This document shows positions 39,942-48,613 of a stretch of 64,000 nucleotides of DNA, piece after piece (position 1 is the stretch's first letter; each line of letters opens with the position of its first letter). The stretch comes from Verrucomicrobiales bacterium. GTDB lineage: Bacteria > Verrucomicrobiota > Verrucomicrobiia > Verrucomicrobiales > V1-33. The notes beneath the pieces were generated by a model. It was not told the origin of the DNA, did no database searches, and saw only the letters and a program-made list of their open reading frames with translations. The DNA is taken from contig DASZQB010000131.1 of the NCBI GenBank assembly GCA_035550135.1, positions 66,411 through 130,410 on the forward strand. Reading direction: 5' to 3'. The translations under genes were made by a program, and so were the position numbers.

Positions 39942-39965
39942 CAAGCGGCAAACGAATCGAATGAC

Positions 39966-40003
39966 CGGCCTGCCTCCGTACCCGGCGGCAGGCCGCTTTG
40001 TAC
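39966..40003 (+). terminator. Probable intrinsic terminator after the lectin/PA14 gene
   Basis: 9-bp perfect stem CGGCCTGCC (39966-39974) / GGCAGGCCG (39988-39996), followed by a weak T tract CTTTGT. Confidence 0.5.
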
Positions 40004-40152
40004 TCCTCCGGAACCGGCGTTTACAATTCTCCGCGAACTTTTCTTGTGCAGGCACGGTTTCTGCCTCTAAATGGGGCATTCAGAAATTCCATGCGCGTCC
40101 CCGGCACGGTTCTTCCTGTTGCTGTTCCGACTCTAGCTCTGATCTAACGAAT

Positions 40153-40842
40153 ATGTACAACGCGCTCTGGAAATCCTTTGGACTCGTCACCGGCATTTGG
40201 ACGCTCTCTCAGACGGCAGCCTCTGCGGCGCTGGTTCTCTCGGCGGACTTCAATGCGAACAACGGCGGGTTTACGGTAGCAAACGCTGGCACTCCGGCAG
40301 GTCCCTGGACATGGGACGGAGTCGGCACGTGGCTCGCCAACGGCGAGGGAAACCTGGGCACCCCGACGGCCAGCGAATTGACCTCTCCCGCGTTTAATGT
40401 TCCTGCCGCGGGACCCCTTACGGTGGCCATCAGTCACCGCTACAGTTTTGAATTTGATGGAACGCGCTGGGATGGCGGTCGCCTGCAGTACAGCCAGAAC
40501 GGAGGAGCGTGGACGAACGTCTCGGCAGCCTTCACGTCCGGCGGTTATGATGGAGTGATTACCGGCAACAACGCTTTGAACGGCAGCCAGGGCTGGAACG
40601 GTGATTCCGCCGGATACGGGACAGGAAGTTTCATCACAAGCCAGGTCTCTATTCCTGGGTTTGCTGCGGGAGACTCCGTGCAGATTCGCTTTCAAGCCGG
40701 CTGGGATGAATTCTCCACGGGAACTGCGCCGAATTGGCAAATCACGAATGTGAATGTGGACGCGGTGCCCGAGCCTGCGACGACGGGAATGCTTGCTGCG
40801 GCTGCCGCAGGAATCCTTTGTGTGCGCCGTCGGCGTCGTTAA
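40153..40842 (+). CDS. PEP-CTERM protein with a beta-sandwich (MAM/galactose-binding-like) domain
   Basis: From ATG 40153: MYNALWKSFGLVTGIWTLSQTAASA (signal). The end reads NVNVDAVPEPATTGMLAAAAAGILCVRRRRR (PEP-CTERM). The track ORF 39961 adds an implausible 64-aa leader that spans the upstream terminator hairpin. Confidence 0.85.
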   Translation: MYNALWKSFGLVTGIWTLSQTAASAALVLSADFNANNGGFTVANAGTPAGPWTWDGVGTWLANGEGNLGTPTASELTSPAFNVPAAGPLTVAISHRYSFEFDGTRWDGGRLQYSQNGGAWTNVSAAFTSGGYDGVITGNNALNGSQGWNGDSAGYGTGSFITSQVSIPGFAAGDSVQIRFQAGWDEFSTGTAPNWQITNVNVDAVPEPATTGMLAAAAAGILCVRRRRR

Positions 40843-41093
40843 TTCAAGGGGCGGGATTTTTCGGAAAGTCATTCCGGTTTGCGGAGGAGGGATTGCCGCT
40901 CTTTTCCCGTAGAGACGTAGTCCCTTTCCGTCATGAAAGGCCGGTGATTCTGTTATGCTGCCTGTGCCTCAGCGGCACGGTCACGGCCGGAAATAATGAC
41001 CGTGAAGACTCGCGACAGCGGAACTTCACGAACCTCCCGTCGGCGTTTCCTCCGGGGCAGGTTTACTGAATGTGTAGTAATAAGACCCGGAGA

Positions 41094-41936
41094 TCAGGCC
41101 TTTCTGCGGCGGCGCATCAGCCCGGCGGCAGCGGCGAGAGCGAGGGAAACAGCGGCGGGTTCAGGGACGCTGACGCTGGCAGCGGCGGCGGCTTGAATTT
41201 CCGCAGCGGTCAGCACGGTATCATAGACACGGAGGCCGTCGATGCGCCCGCTCATCTGGTCGGAGTCATTGCCGCCGAGGCGGCCGCCAATCGTGAGCCG
41301 GGCTGCGGCCAGATCGTCCCCAAAAAGGCTGTTGTCGGCACCGCCGAGGAGATTGCCGTTTAAATAATAATTGATCGCGCCATTATTATAAGTGGCGGCG
41401 ATGTGCACCCAGTTTCCAGGAATGACCGCAAAGGGATCCGAATCGTTATCGAGCACGCCGTAGTTGGTGAACCGGATCGTGGAGGAACTTCCATCGGTTG
41501 TGGCAAGGCGAAGCGCGAGACCCCAGCCGCGGTCAGCTCCGGTGGCGCTTCCTGTCGAAATGGGCCGGTAGGAGCGCGCGGCGATGTCTCCGGCGGTCGG
41601 ATTCACCCATGACATAACGGTAAAAGCCCCGGTGCGCGGGATGTTCATGACCGGGTTGACATTGTCCGCGCCGCTGGTGAAAAAGCTGTCTGTGGTGCTC
41701 GGACCATAGCCAATGGAGGTGCCCACCGCATTGGTCACCGTGATGGCCCCGTAAACACCGTTTGGCACTCCCGCCTGTCCGTAAGCATTCGGCCCGATGG
41801 GTACCGCCGCAACATGCCCTCCGGTGGAGTCGATGAGGTTTCCGGAGGCTTCATCCTGATTCCATGAGGCGATCAGAGCAGCGCGGGCGGGCAGGCAGAA
41901 ACTCAGAAGAAGAAGCGGAAACGAAAGGGATTTCAT
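41094..41936 (-). CDS. PEP-CTERM protein with a LamG/concanavalin-like (Laminin_G_3) domain
   Basis: Signal peptide MKSLSFPLLLLSFCLPARA. NWVHIAATYNNGAINYYLNGNLLG and GRIDGLRVYDTVLTAAEI are LamG_3-type. The end reads SVSVPEPAAVSLALAAAAGLMRRRRKA. Confidence 0.85.
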   Translation of the reverse strand: MKSLSFPLLLLSFCLPARAALIASWNQDEASGNLIDSTGGHVAAVPIGPNAYGQAGVPNGVYGAITVTNAVGTSIGYGPSTTDSFFTSGADNVNPVMNIPRTGAFTVMSWVNPTAGDIAARSYRPISTGSATGADRGWGLALRLATTDGSSSTIRFTNYGVLDNDSDPFAVIPGNWVHIAATYNNGAINYYLNGNLLGGADNSLFGDDLAAARLTIGGRLGGNDSDQMSGRIDGLRVYDTVLTAAEIQAAAAASVSVPEPAAVSLALAAAAGLMRRRRKA

Positions 41937-42051
41937 CGAATTAAAAATGAGTGACGATCAAGCATTTACGAAATCAATTGGCGGGGCTCAATCCCAAAAT
42001 TTGATACAAATCGAATTTTTTCGCAGGTCCGGGAACTGATTGGTGGCCGGA

Positions 42052-42148
42052 GGTGCAAAATTCTGAAATTTTCCCGTGCCAAACGGCGGGAGATTGCCTA
42101 GTCTCGCCGCCCTTTAGGGAAAACTCCGATTCGCTGGTGCAAAATTCT
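42052..42148 (+). repeat. Two perfect 13-bp direct repeats GGTGCAAAATTCT upstream of the secretin gene
   Basis: Copies lie at 42052-42064 and 42136-42148, 84 bp apart start to start (about 8 helical turns), in an AT-richer leader. The function is unknown; they may be an operator or activator site. Confidence 0.5.
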
Positions 42149-42187
42149 TACTCATCTTCCAAACGGCCTTCCGGTTGCGTACTTCGA

Positions 42188-44677
42188 TTGCCTCAGCGCG
42201 GGGCGGTTGCGGGGGCGCTCTTACTTGGTTTATCGATGATGCCCGCGGCGCTGGCCGGGAGTGGCAAGGGTGATGAACCCCTGATCGTTTCCAAAGAGGT
42301 GGAGCGCCGGCTCAAAGCCAAAGATGAAGCTCAGCGGCTGGTGGCGGAGGGAGATGAACTCGCGGCTTCAGGAGATCAGTGCGGCGCGGCTGACAAGTAC
42401 TATGCAGCGGCGCAAATGCTTCGGCCCGGAGCGCCAGGGACCCTGCAGTTGCGCAACGAGGCGGTGAAAAAGTTCAGTGTATCGGGCGTGGCCTGTGCAA
42501 AGGAACAGGCGCATAATGGCGAGCATGAAAAGGCCTCGACGCGGGTGGAGCAGATCCTGGCGGATAACATGGCGCCCAGGGACAAGCCTGCGCTGGCACT
42601 GCAAAGGCATCTCAAGGACACGGACCGCTACAACCCCGCGTTGACGCCGAAGCATGTCGCGGATGTGAAAAAGGTGTCCAATTTGTTGATGATGGGAGAG
42701 CACTTCACGCAACTTGGCGATTATGATGCTGCGGAGAAATCCTACAATCAGGTGCTGGCCATCGATGCCACCAATACCGCAGCCCGTCGCGGACTGGAGG
42801 GGGTGGAAAGACTGATCACGAATTATTACAAGGCGGCGCGTGATCATACGCGGATAAAGATGCTCAACGACGTGGATCGCATCTGGGAGACCAAGGTGCC
42901 GTTTACCGGAGCGCGTCCCACCGGCATGGCCAACCCGGACGACGTCTATATTGGCGGCAGTGCGGTGGCTTCCAAGCTGCGCACGCTGATCATTCCGCAC
43001 GTCTCGTTTGCGGACGCATCACTGCCGGAGGTCGTTTCCTATCTGATCAAAAAGAGTATCGAAGTGGACCCGCAGGGACGCGGGGTGAATATCATTTGGA
43101 CGCCGGGGAACGGCGCTGCGACAAATCCGGTGACGCTGGAGTTGAGAAATGCCAGTCTTGGAGACGTGCTGCGCCAGGTGTGTCTGCTCAGCGGCACACG
43201 GTTTCAGACCGACGGCGGGCTCGTGAGGATCTCGGTGCAGGGCGGCAATGCCCTGGAGACGCGTCAGTTCAAGGTGCCGCCCGGATTTCTTTCCACGGCT
43301 GCCACGGCCGTCCCCGCGGAGGCGGCTGACCCTTTTGCAACCGGCGCGGCGGCAGCGGACAAGCCGAAGCTGGGCCGCCTCGACCCGAAGACGTTTCTTG
43401 AGCAGCAGGGTGTCGAGTTTCCCGCTGGATCGAGGGCCGGTTACAATGCGTCGCAAAATCTCCTGACCGTGACCAACACCTCGGAGAACCTGGACGCCAT
43501 CGCCACGCTTGTGGAAACGCTGACCACCTCCGGACAAAAGCAGGTGCTGGTTCAGATCGTGCTTCTCAAGTGCAGCCAGACGAATTTTGAGGAGCTGGGT
43601 TTTGATGTCTTCATGGACGCGTTCAAGGCGGGCGGAGGCGTTTTTGCGGAAGGCGGCACTTTTGGAAATTCCCCGGATTTCAGCCAGGGAGGCACATCCA
43701 CCGGCAACTTCGGCAATACCACGTTCGCGCCTCTCAACGTTCCCTTCAATGTGGTGAACGGTCCGATGACCGCCGGCTTGCGCAGTTCATACGAGCTCAC
43801 CCGCACGCAGACGATCGATGACCTCATCAATCTGGCGAACGGCATCAATCCAGTCCAGCCAGGACGGAGTCCGTACAATTTTGCAATCGGGGGGATATTC
43901 ACCAATCCGCGTTTTCAGGCGCTCTTCCGCGGGCTCAGCCAGAAGAAGGGAATCGACCTTTCCGTGGCCACGAAGACCATTGTGAAGAGCGGCCAGAAAG
44001 CCTCCGCGTTCTCCGGACGGAAGTTTCTGTATCCCACTGAATTCGATCCGCCGCAGATCCCGCAGACCATCCGGCGGAATCAGATTATCCTGTTCGACGA
44101 CCAAGGATTTCCCTTCATCGTCGATCTTCCGAATGATCAGGCGCCGGTGACACCAGCCACGCCCAGTTCGTTCCAGGAAAAGGACATCGGCTCCAGCGTC
44201 GAAGTGGAGGCGAACATTGCCGAGGACAACTATACGGTGGACCTGAACCTCGCCGTCGGTTTCACCGAGTTTGATGGATTTATCAACTACGGCACGCCGA
44301 TCATGACGGACAATGGCGTGGTCCTGACAGACAACCGCATCATTCAGCCGGTCTTCTCCAAAGTGGCTGCGAATACGCAGGTGCAGATTTACGACGGTCA
44401 AACCGTCGCGATTGGCGGCCTGTCCACAGCCAAGGTTGAAACGATTGAGGACAAAGTGCCGATCTTCGGGAGCATCCCCATCATCGGCAGACTCTTTAAG
44501 AGCAACCTGCAGCGCCACACGCGCACTGCGGTGGTCTATTTCGTCACGGTCAAGATTGTGGATCCCGCCGGCGAGGGCGTTCACGGAAGCAAGGTGCTTG
44601 AGGCCGCCGCCTCCGCGGGCGTGAACGTTTCCGATCTTTCCGGGTCCGATTCCATTCTGCTTCCGCCTCCCCAGTAA
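42188..44677 (+). CDS. Secretin-family outer-membrane channel (type II/III secretion system protein family) with a TPR-like N-terminal region
   Basis: C-terminal secretin domain (PF00263): VQIYDGQTVAIGGLSTAKVETIEDKVPIFGSIPIIGRLFKSNLQRHTRTAVVYFVTVKIV. N0/STN-like module: VTLELRNASLGDVLRQVCLLSGTRFQTDGGLVRI. TPR-like helices lie upstream of it. The start is uncertain. TTG 42188 gives the signal peptide (M)PQRGAVAGALLLGLSMMPAALAG; the track start GTG 42053 lies inside the direct repeat. Confidence 0.85.
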   Translation: MPQRGAVAGALLLGLSMMPAALAGSGKGDEPLIVSKEVERRLKAKDEAQRLVAEGDELAASGDQCGAADKYYAAAQMLRPGAPGTLQLRNEAVKKFSVSGVACAKEQAHNGEHEKASTRVEQILADNMAPRDKPALALQRHLKDTDRYNPALTPKHVADVKKVSNLLMMGEHFTQLGDYDAAEKSYNQVLAIDATNTAARRGLEGVERLITNYYKAARDHTRIKMLNDVDRIWETKVPFTGARPTGMANPDDVYIGGSAVASKLRTLIIPHVSFADASLPEVVSYLIKKSIEVDPQGRGVNIIWTPGNGAATNPVTLELRNASLGDVLRQVCLLSGTRFQTDGGLVRISVQGGNALETRQFKVPPGFLSTAATAVPAEAADPFATGAAAADKPKLGRLDPKTFLEQQGVEFPAGSRAGYNASQNLLTVTNTSENLDAIATLVETLTTSGQKQVLVQIVLLKCSQTNFEELGFDVFMDAFKAGGGVFAEGGTFGNSPDFSQGGTSTGNFGNTTFAPLNVPFNVVNGPMTAGLRSSYELTRTQTIDDLINLANGINPVQPGRSPYNFAIGGIFTNPRFQALFRGLSQKKGIDLSVATKTIVKSGQKASAFSGRKFLYPTEFDPPQIPQTIRRNQIILFDDQGFPFIVDLPNDQAPVTPATPSSFQEKDIGSSVEVEANIAEDNYTVDLNLAVGFTEFDGFINYGTPIMTDNGVVLTDNRIIQPVFSKVAANTQVQIYDGQTVAIGGLSTAKVETIEDKVPIFGSIPIIGRLFKSNLQRHTRTAVVYFVTVKIVDPAGEGVHGSKVLEAAASAGVNVSDLSGSDSILLPPPQ

Positions 44678-44752
44678 GCCGCCCCTCCTGTTTCCCCTTT
44701 ACAGACACGGCCTTCTGAAGGAGGCCGCATCTTACTCTTCCCTCCACCAACC

Positions 44753-46477
44753 GTGAGCAGCAATCCTGACCCGACCGGGGATCGCCGCAGTGTCCTGCCG
44801 CCGCGGCGGGATGCCGGAACGCCTCCTCCCTCCGCCCCTCCTCTCTCATCGCCTCCGAAGTCCTATTCGGTGGATGAGATGATGACAACTCTGCGCTCGC
44901 CCGAGGGTGGCAAACGCCGGCGCCGCAGCGTGCAACCGGTCGTTCAATCGCGCCGGCGCCGGCGTTTGTGGATCGTCCTCGGTCTCAGTGTGGTGTCGCT
45001 GGTGCTCGCGGGGTATTTCGGGTTCCGCTTCTATCAGCGAAACCGGCTAGAAGGGGAGACTTTCCGGGATGGTGTCAACCGGCGCATTTCCGAAGCCCTT
45101 GGCTGCCAGGTGGAGTTCAACCGGATCTATGATGGCGGTGATGAATCCCTCGCTGCCAAAGAAGCCCGTTTCGAGGTTCGGGATCCCGGCGACTTGATTC
45201 AATCCGGCACCTTCTCAAACCTGAGCGCATCGCTGACCGGCTCTTCGTGGGTGACGGACGAATGGGGCATTCTGATGCTCAATATCAACGAGGGGACCAT
45301 CACGCTGAATCCGAGCCGTCCGGATTTCCCGAACGACAGTACGGGTATCGTGCCGCACAGCGGCGGCGGAAGGCACGTCGGCGGATTCGGCATCAATCCG
45401 GAACCGGAGCGCATCACGCTGGATGAAGTCAGGTTCCTCAAAGGGCTCACGGTTGAATGGCCGGCATCCTCCGGCGCCGGTCAGACCACTGAGGCGATCA
45501 AGAAGTTGCGCGGGCACGCAAAGATCGCGCGCAGCGGAGGAATGAGCGGAACGTTCATCGACGGCAGCGTGGCTCTCAACCAAATGCCCGAAATGCGCAT
45601 TCAGAACCTGAACTGGAAACTCAGCGGGCGGAAACTGGATGTCGCAGGCGGCAGCATTAAATTCGGCGGACGCGCCCAGGCATCGGTGTCGGGCAAGGCC
45701 GATCTTGTTAGTGATGGCTCGGCGGAATTCACGGCGGATTTTGAATCGACACCGCTGGCGACGCTCCTTCCTCCGGCATGGCACGAAGCGGTGCTGGGCC
45801 TGTTTTCCGCGCAGAAGACGACGTTCCGCGCGAGCTTTGGCAAGGGACCGGAGCGCGTGTTCGAGGGGGACTTCAAGGTGGTGGGAGCCATCTTCCAGGG
45901 GTTCACCTTCTTTGATAAAGCCTCTGAAGCGCTGGGGAGAAATGTAGAAGTGCAGCGTCCGGAATTCCCGGTGCTAACCGGTCACTTTAAGTGGTCCCCA
46001 TCGACCGGCCTCGAACTGACAAACCTTTTCGGTGAGCGCGGTGAGTTGCTGCGCATGAGCGGGTCTGTCACCCTCACTGAAAGCGGCCCGGTAAAGGGAC
46101 GCTTGAAGCTTTCCACCAGCGAGAACGCGCTCCGCAACGTGAAAAAATCCGCGCCCCAGCTTTTCGGACCGTTCGAGGACGGCTGGGCGTCTTTCGAGTT
46201 TAACGTCAGCGGCACGGCCAAGGCAATCGTCGATGACATTGACTTGAAAACGGCCGCCCGCGGCCCCGACAGCCCTGCTCCGGACGGGGCCGCTTCAACT
46301 CCCTCTCCCACGCAGCAAGTCCCGGCCGCCCCTCAAAATCCGGCGGCCGCACCGGCTCCGAATCGGAGAGCGCCGGCACCGGCACCCTCTGCTCCGCCGC
46401 GTCCGAAACCGTCGAACGCGGAGCTGGAAAAGCAGATGGAGGATTTGCTGCGCGCTAACAAGTCCGCGCCGCGGTGA
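44753..46477 (+). CDS. Hypothetical bitopic membrane protein with a Pro/Ala-rich C-terminal tail
   Basis: Start at GTG 44753 (alternative ATG 44879). It has a Pro/Arg-rich N-terminus, a single TM helix RLWIVLGLSVVSLVLAGYFGF, a ~430-aa extracytoplasmic region, and the tail PAPDGAASTPSPTQQVPAAPQNPAAAPAPNRRAPAPAPSAPPRPKP. It lies 75 nt downstream of the secretin on the same strand. Confidence 0.6.
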   Translation: MSSNPDPTGDRRSVLPPRRDAGTPPPSAPPLSSPPKSYSVDEMMTTLRSPEGGKRRRRSVQPVVQSRRRRRLWIVLGLSVVSLVLAGYFGFRFYQRNRLEGETFRDGVNRRISEALGCQVEFNRIYDGGDESLAAKEARFEVRDPGDLIQSGTFSNLSASLTGSSWVTDEWGILMLNINEGTITLNPSRPDFPNDSTGIVPHSGGGRHVGGFGINPEPERITLDEVRFLKGLTVEWPASSGAGQTTEAIKKLRGHAKIARSGGMSGTFIDGSVALNQMPEMRIQNLNWKLSGRKLDVAGGSIKFGGRAQASVSGKADLVSDGSAEFTADFESTPLATLLPPAWHEAVLGLFSAQKTTFRASFGKGPERVFEGDFKVVGAIFQGFTFFDKASEALGRNVEVQRPEFPVLTGHFKWSPSTGLELTNLFGERGELLRMSGSVTLTESGPVKGRLKLSTSENALRNVKKSAPQLFGPFEDGWASFEFNVSGTAKAIVDDIDLKTAARGPDSPAPDGAASTPSPTQQVPAAPQNPAAAPAPNRRAPAPAPSAPPRPKPSNAELEKQMEDLLRANKSAPR

Positions 46478-46517
46478 TTTTTGGCGGAGGCGCGACGGCA
46501 GCAGCAAAGGAGAAACC

Positions 46518-47906
46518 GTGGACCTCTTTCCTTCCAGCGCCAAAATCGCCGGCCCTGAGCCGGAAAGAGTTCTAACGGTCACGCAGGTGACGCGGCAGGT
46601 GAAGGACGTGCTGGAGCAGCAGTTGGGCGCAGTGTGGGTGCAGGGAGAAATCAGCAATCACCGGAGGCAGACGAGCGGGCATCATTACTTCACACTGAAG
46701 GATGCCGGGGCGCAGTTGAGTTGTGTCCTGTTTAAAGGAAACGCCCAGTTTGTCAGGGCGCCGCTGGCGGATGGATTGATGGTTCAGGTCTTTGGAGACA
46801 TCACTGTTTATGAGGCGCGCGGGCAGTATCAAATGCTGGTGAGAAAAGTGCAGGCCGCGGGGCAGGGGGCGCTTCAGGCGAGATTCGAGGAACTGAAACG
46901 GCGGCTGCTGGCTGAAGGATTGTTTGCCGCGGAGATCAAGAAAAGCATTCCGCGGTTTCCGAGGGTGGTTGCGATCGTGACCTCGTCCACGGGAGCCGCG
47001 CTGCAGGACATGCTGAACATCCTGAGCCGCCGCGCCCCGTATCTGCATATTCTCGTGGCTTCGGTTCGGGTGCAGGGAGTGGGCGCGGAGCATGAAATTG
47101 CCGCGGCGCTGCATTTGCTGAGCGGGGAAAGTGGACGGGGACTGCCGGTCGTTGACACCGTCGTGGTGGCGCGCGGCGGCGGAAGTCTCGAAGACCTGTG
47201 GTGCTTCAATGAAGAGGTGGTCGCGCGGGCCATTTTTGCATGCCGCATCCCGGTGATCAGCGCGGTGGGACATGAGATCGATTTCACGATCAGCGACTTT
47301 ACCGCGGACCTTCGTGCGCCCACGCCCAGCGCTGCCGCGGAACTTCTGGCGCCGGATCGTGAAGAACTGCTTGCCGTCCTGACACAACAGGGCCTGCGCA
47401 TGCATCGCCGTGTGTTGCAGGCCGTGGATACCGCTCAGCGGGTAATCGATCTCACGGCGCGCGGCCCATTTCAACGCGATCCTGAACGGGTGCTGCTTCC
47501 GTGGCGTCAGCGCCTCGATGAGGCGGCTGGCGCGTTGCAAACCTTCATCGGTGAAGCCATCCAGCACCGGACGGAGGCCGTGCAAGTGCTGCAGCATCGC
47601 CTGGAATTGAAGCGCCCCGACCGCGTGCTGGCGGAAAGGGGCGCGGCGGTGAAGATGCTTCAGGAACGAATGACTTCGCGTGTCACTGTGGCGATCGAGA
47701 GGCTGCGGGCGGCTCTGAATCAGCGCGCCGGCCTGCTGCGCACGCTGGGCCCGGAAGCAACGCTGGAGCGCGGATTCACCTGCACCCTCGATGCGAAAGG
47801 CCGCGTGGTGCGTGAAGCCGCGCAACTCCAGCCGGGCGAGGAATTCGAAACGCGGTTCCGGAAGGGGCGCGTGCACGGTGTGGTGAAGACGGTGGAAGTT
47901 TCCTAA
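46518..47906 (+). CDS. xseA: Exodeoxyribonuclease VII large subunit
   Basis: VTQVTRQVKDVLEQQLGAVWVQGEISNHRRQTSGHHYFTLKDAGAQLSCVLF (OB fold). The central catalytic region includes IVTSSTGAALQD and RGGGSLEDLW. GTG start. Confidence 0.9.
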   Translation: MDLFPSSAKIAGPEPERVLTVTQVTRQVKDVLEQQLGAVWVQGEISNHRRQTSGHHYFTLKDAGAQLSCVLFKGNAQFVRAPLADGLMVQVFGDITVYEARGQYQMLVRKVQAAGQGALQARFEELKRRLLAEGLFAAEIKKSIPRFPRVVAIVTSSTGAALQDMLNILSRRAPYLHILVASVRVQGVGAEHEIAAALHLLSGESGRGLPVVDTVVVARGGGSLEDLWCFNEEVVARAIFACRIPVISAVGHEIDFTISDFTADLRAPTPSAAAELLAPDREELLAVLTQQGLRMHRRVLQAVDTAQRVIDLTARGPFQRDPERVLLPWRQRLDEAAGALQTFIGEAIQHRTEAVQVLQHRLELKRPDRVLAERGAAVKMLQERMTSRVTVAIERLRAALNQRAGLLRTLGPEATLERGFTCTLDAKGRVVREAAQLQPGEEFETRFRKGRVHGVVKTVEVS

Positions 47907-47974
47907 CTATGAGCCGCGGGCGCTTGCCGGGAAGGCGCGGTGGTCCGTCGAGAGGATTCCGCGGTATTCCGGCA

Positions 47975-48085
47975 TCCAGCCCTGAAAGGGCGGAGCAACA
48001 GAGCCAGGGGTAAGCCTGCGGAGCAGGCGCAGCCCCTGGTATTCGGCCAAAATATTTTGGAGCCCTGAAAGGGCGAGACAACGGA
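47975..48085 (-). repeat. REP-like array, about 1.3 units, inverted orientation
   Basis: Read on the minus strand: GTTGTCTCGCCCTTTCAGGGCT, spacer, CCAGGGGCTGCGCCTGCTCCGCAGGCTTACCCCTGG, then CTCTGTTGCTCCGCCCTTTCAGGGCTGG. GCCCTTTCAGGGC is a 5-bp-stem hairpin. The 36-nt element is an imperfect palindrome (48004-48039 on the plus strand). Confidence 0.85.
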
Positions 48086-48128
48086 AAGTGGCGTGACAAA
48101 TGTCCCGTTTCCGGCAATTCCTCGAACC

Positions 48129-48578
48129 ATGCCTCAATCTCTCGCTCAGATTTACGTCCACCTCATTTTCTCCACGAAGGACCGGATGCCAGTCATATCC
48201 GAAGAGGTGAAGCCGTGGCTTCATGCCTACATCGCGGGTGCGTTGAATGCGATTTCCAACTCTGCGCTTAAGGTCGGAGGCGTGGAGGATCATGTGCATA
48301 TTCTGTTCCGGCTTTCGAAAAACAGCGCCCTGACAGATGTTGTGAAGGCGGCGAAGGTTGAGTCATCCAAATGGATGAAGAAGGAAGGAGGTGTCAGGGA
48401 ATTCGCGTGGCAGGGAGGATACGGAGCGTTTTCAGTGAGTGCCTCGCACCTTGAGGACGTCACGGAATATGTTGCGAAACAGGAGGAACGGCACCGGCGT
48501 CGTACTTTTCAGGAGGAGTTCCGGATTCTCCTGGAGCGATATAAGGTTGAATACAATGAGGCATGGGTGTGGGATTGA
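48129..48578 (+). CDS. REP-associated tyrosine transposase (RAYT) / IS200-like Y1 transposase family protein
   Basis: MPQSLAQIYVHLIFSTKDR..., HUH motif in EDHVHILF, catalytic Tyr context EYVAKQEERH (Y-x3-Q); PF01797-like. 149 aa from ATG 48129 (track start 48093). Confidence 0.85.
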   Translation: MPQSLAQIYVHLIFSTKDRMPVISEEVKPWLHAYIAGALNAISNSALKVGGVEDHVHILFRLSKNSALTDVVKAAKVESSKWMKKEGGVREFAWQGGYGAFSVSASHLEDVTEYVAKQEERHRRRTFQEEFRILLERYKVEYNEAWVWD

Positions 48579-48613
48579 AGGACCAGTCGAATGTGAGGGG
48601 CATGGTCGGTCGG

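Noticed and set aside
39961-40152. N-terminal extensions suggested by the ORF track (39961 for the PEP-CTERM gene, 42053 for the secretin, 19116 for the thiolase, 15987 for carA, 14788 for sodA, 9550 for DUF485, 48093 for the RAYT)
   Set aside because: The extensions cover terminator hairpins or repeats, overlap upstream genes, or add non-homologous basic leaders. Internal starts restore canonical N-termini or signal peptides (for example [46 protein letters not shown]).
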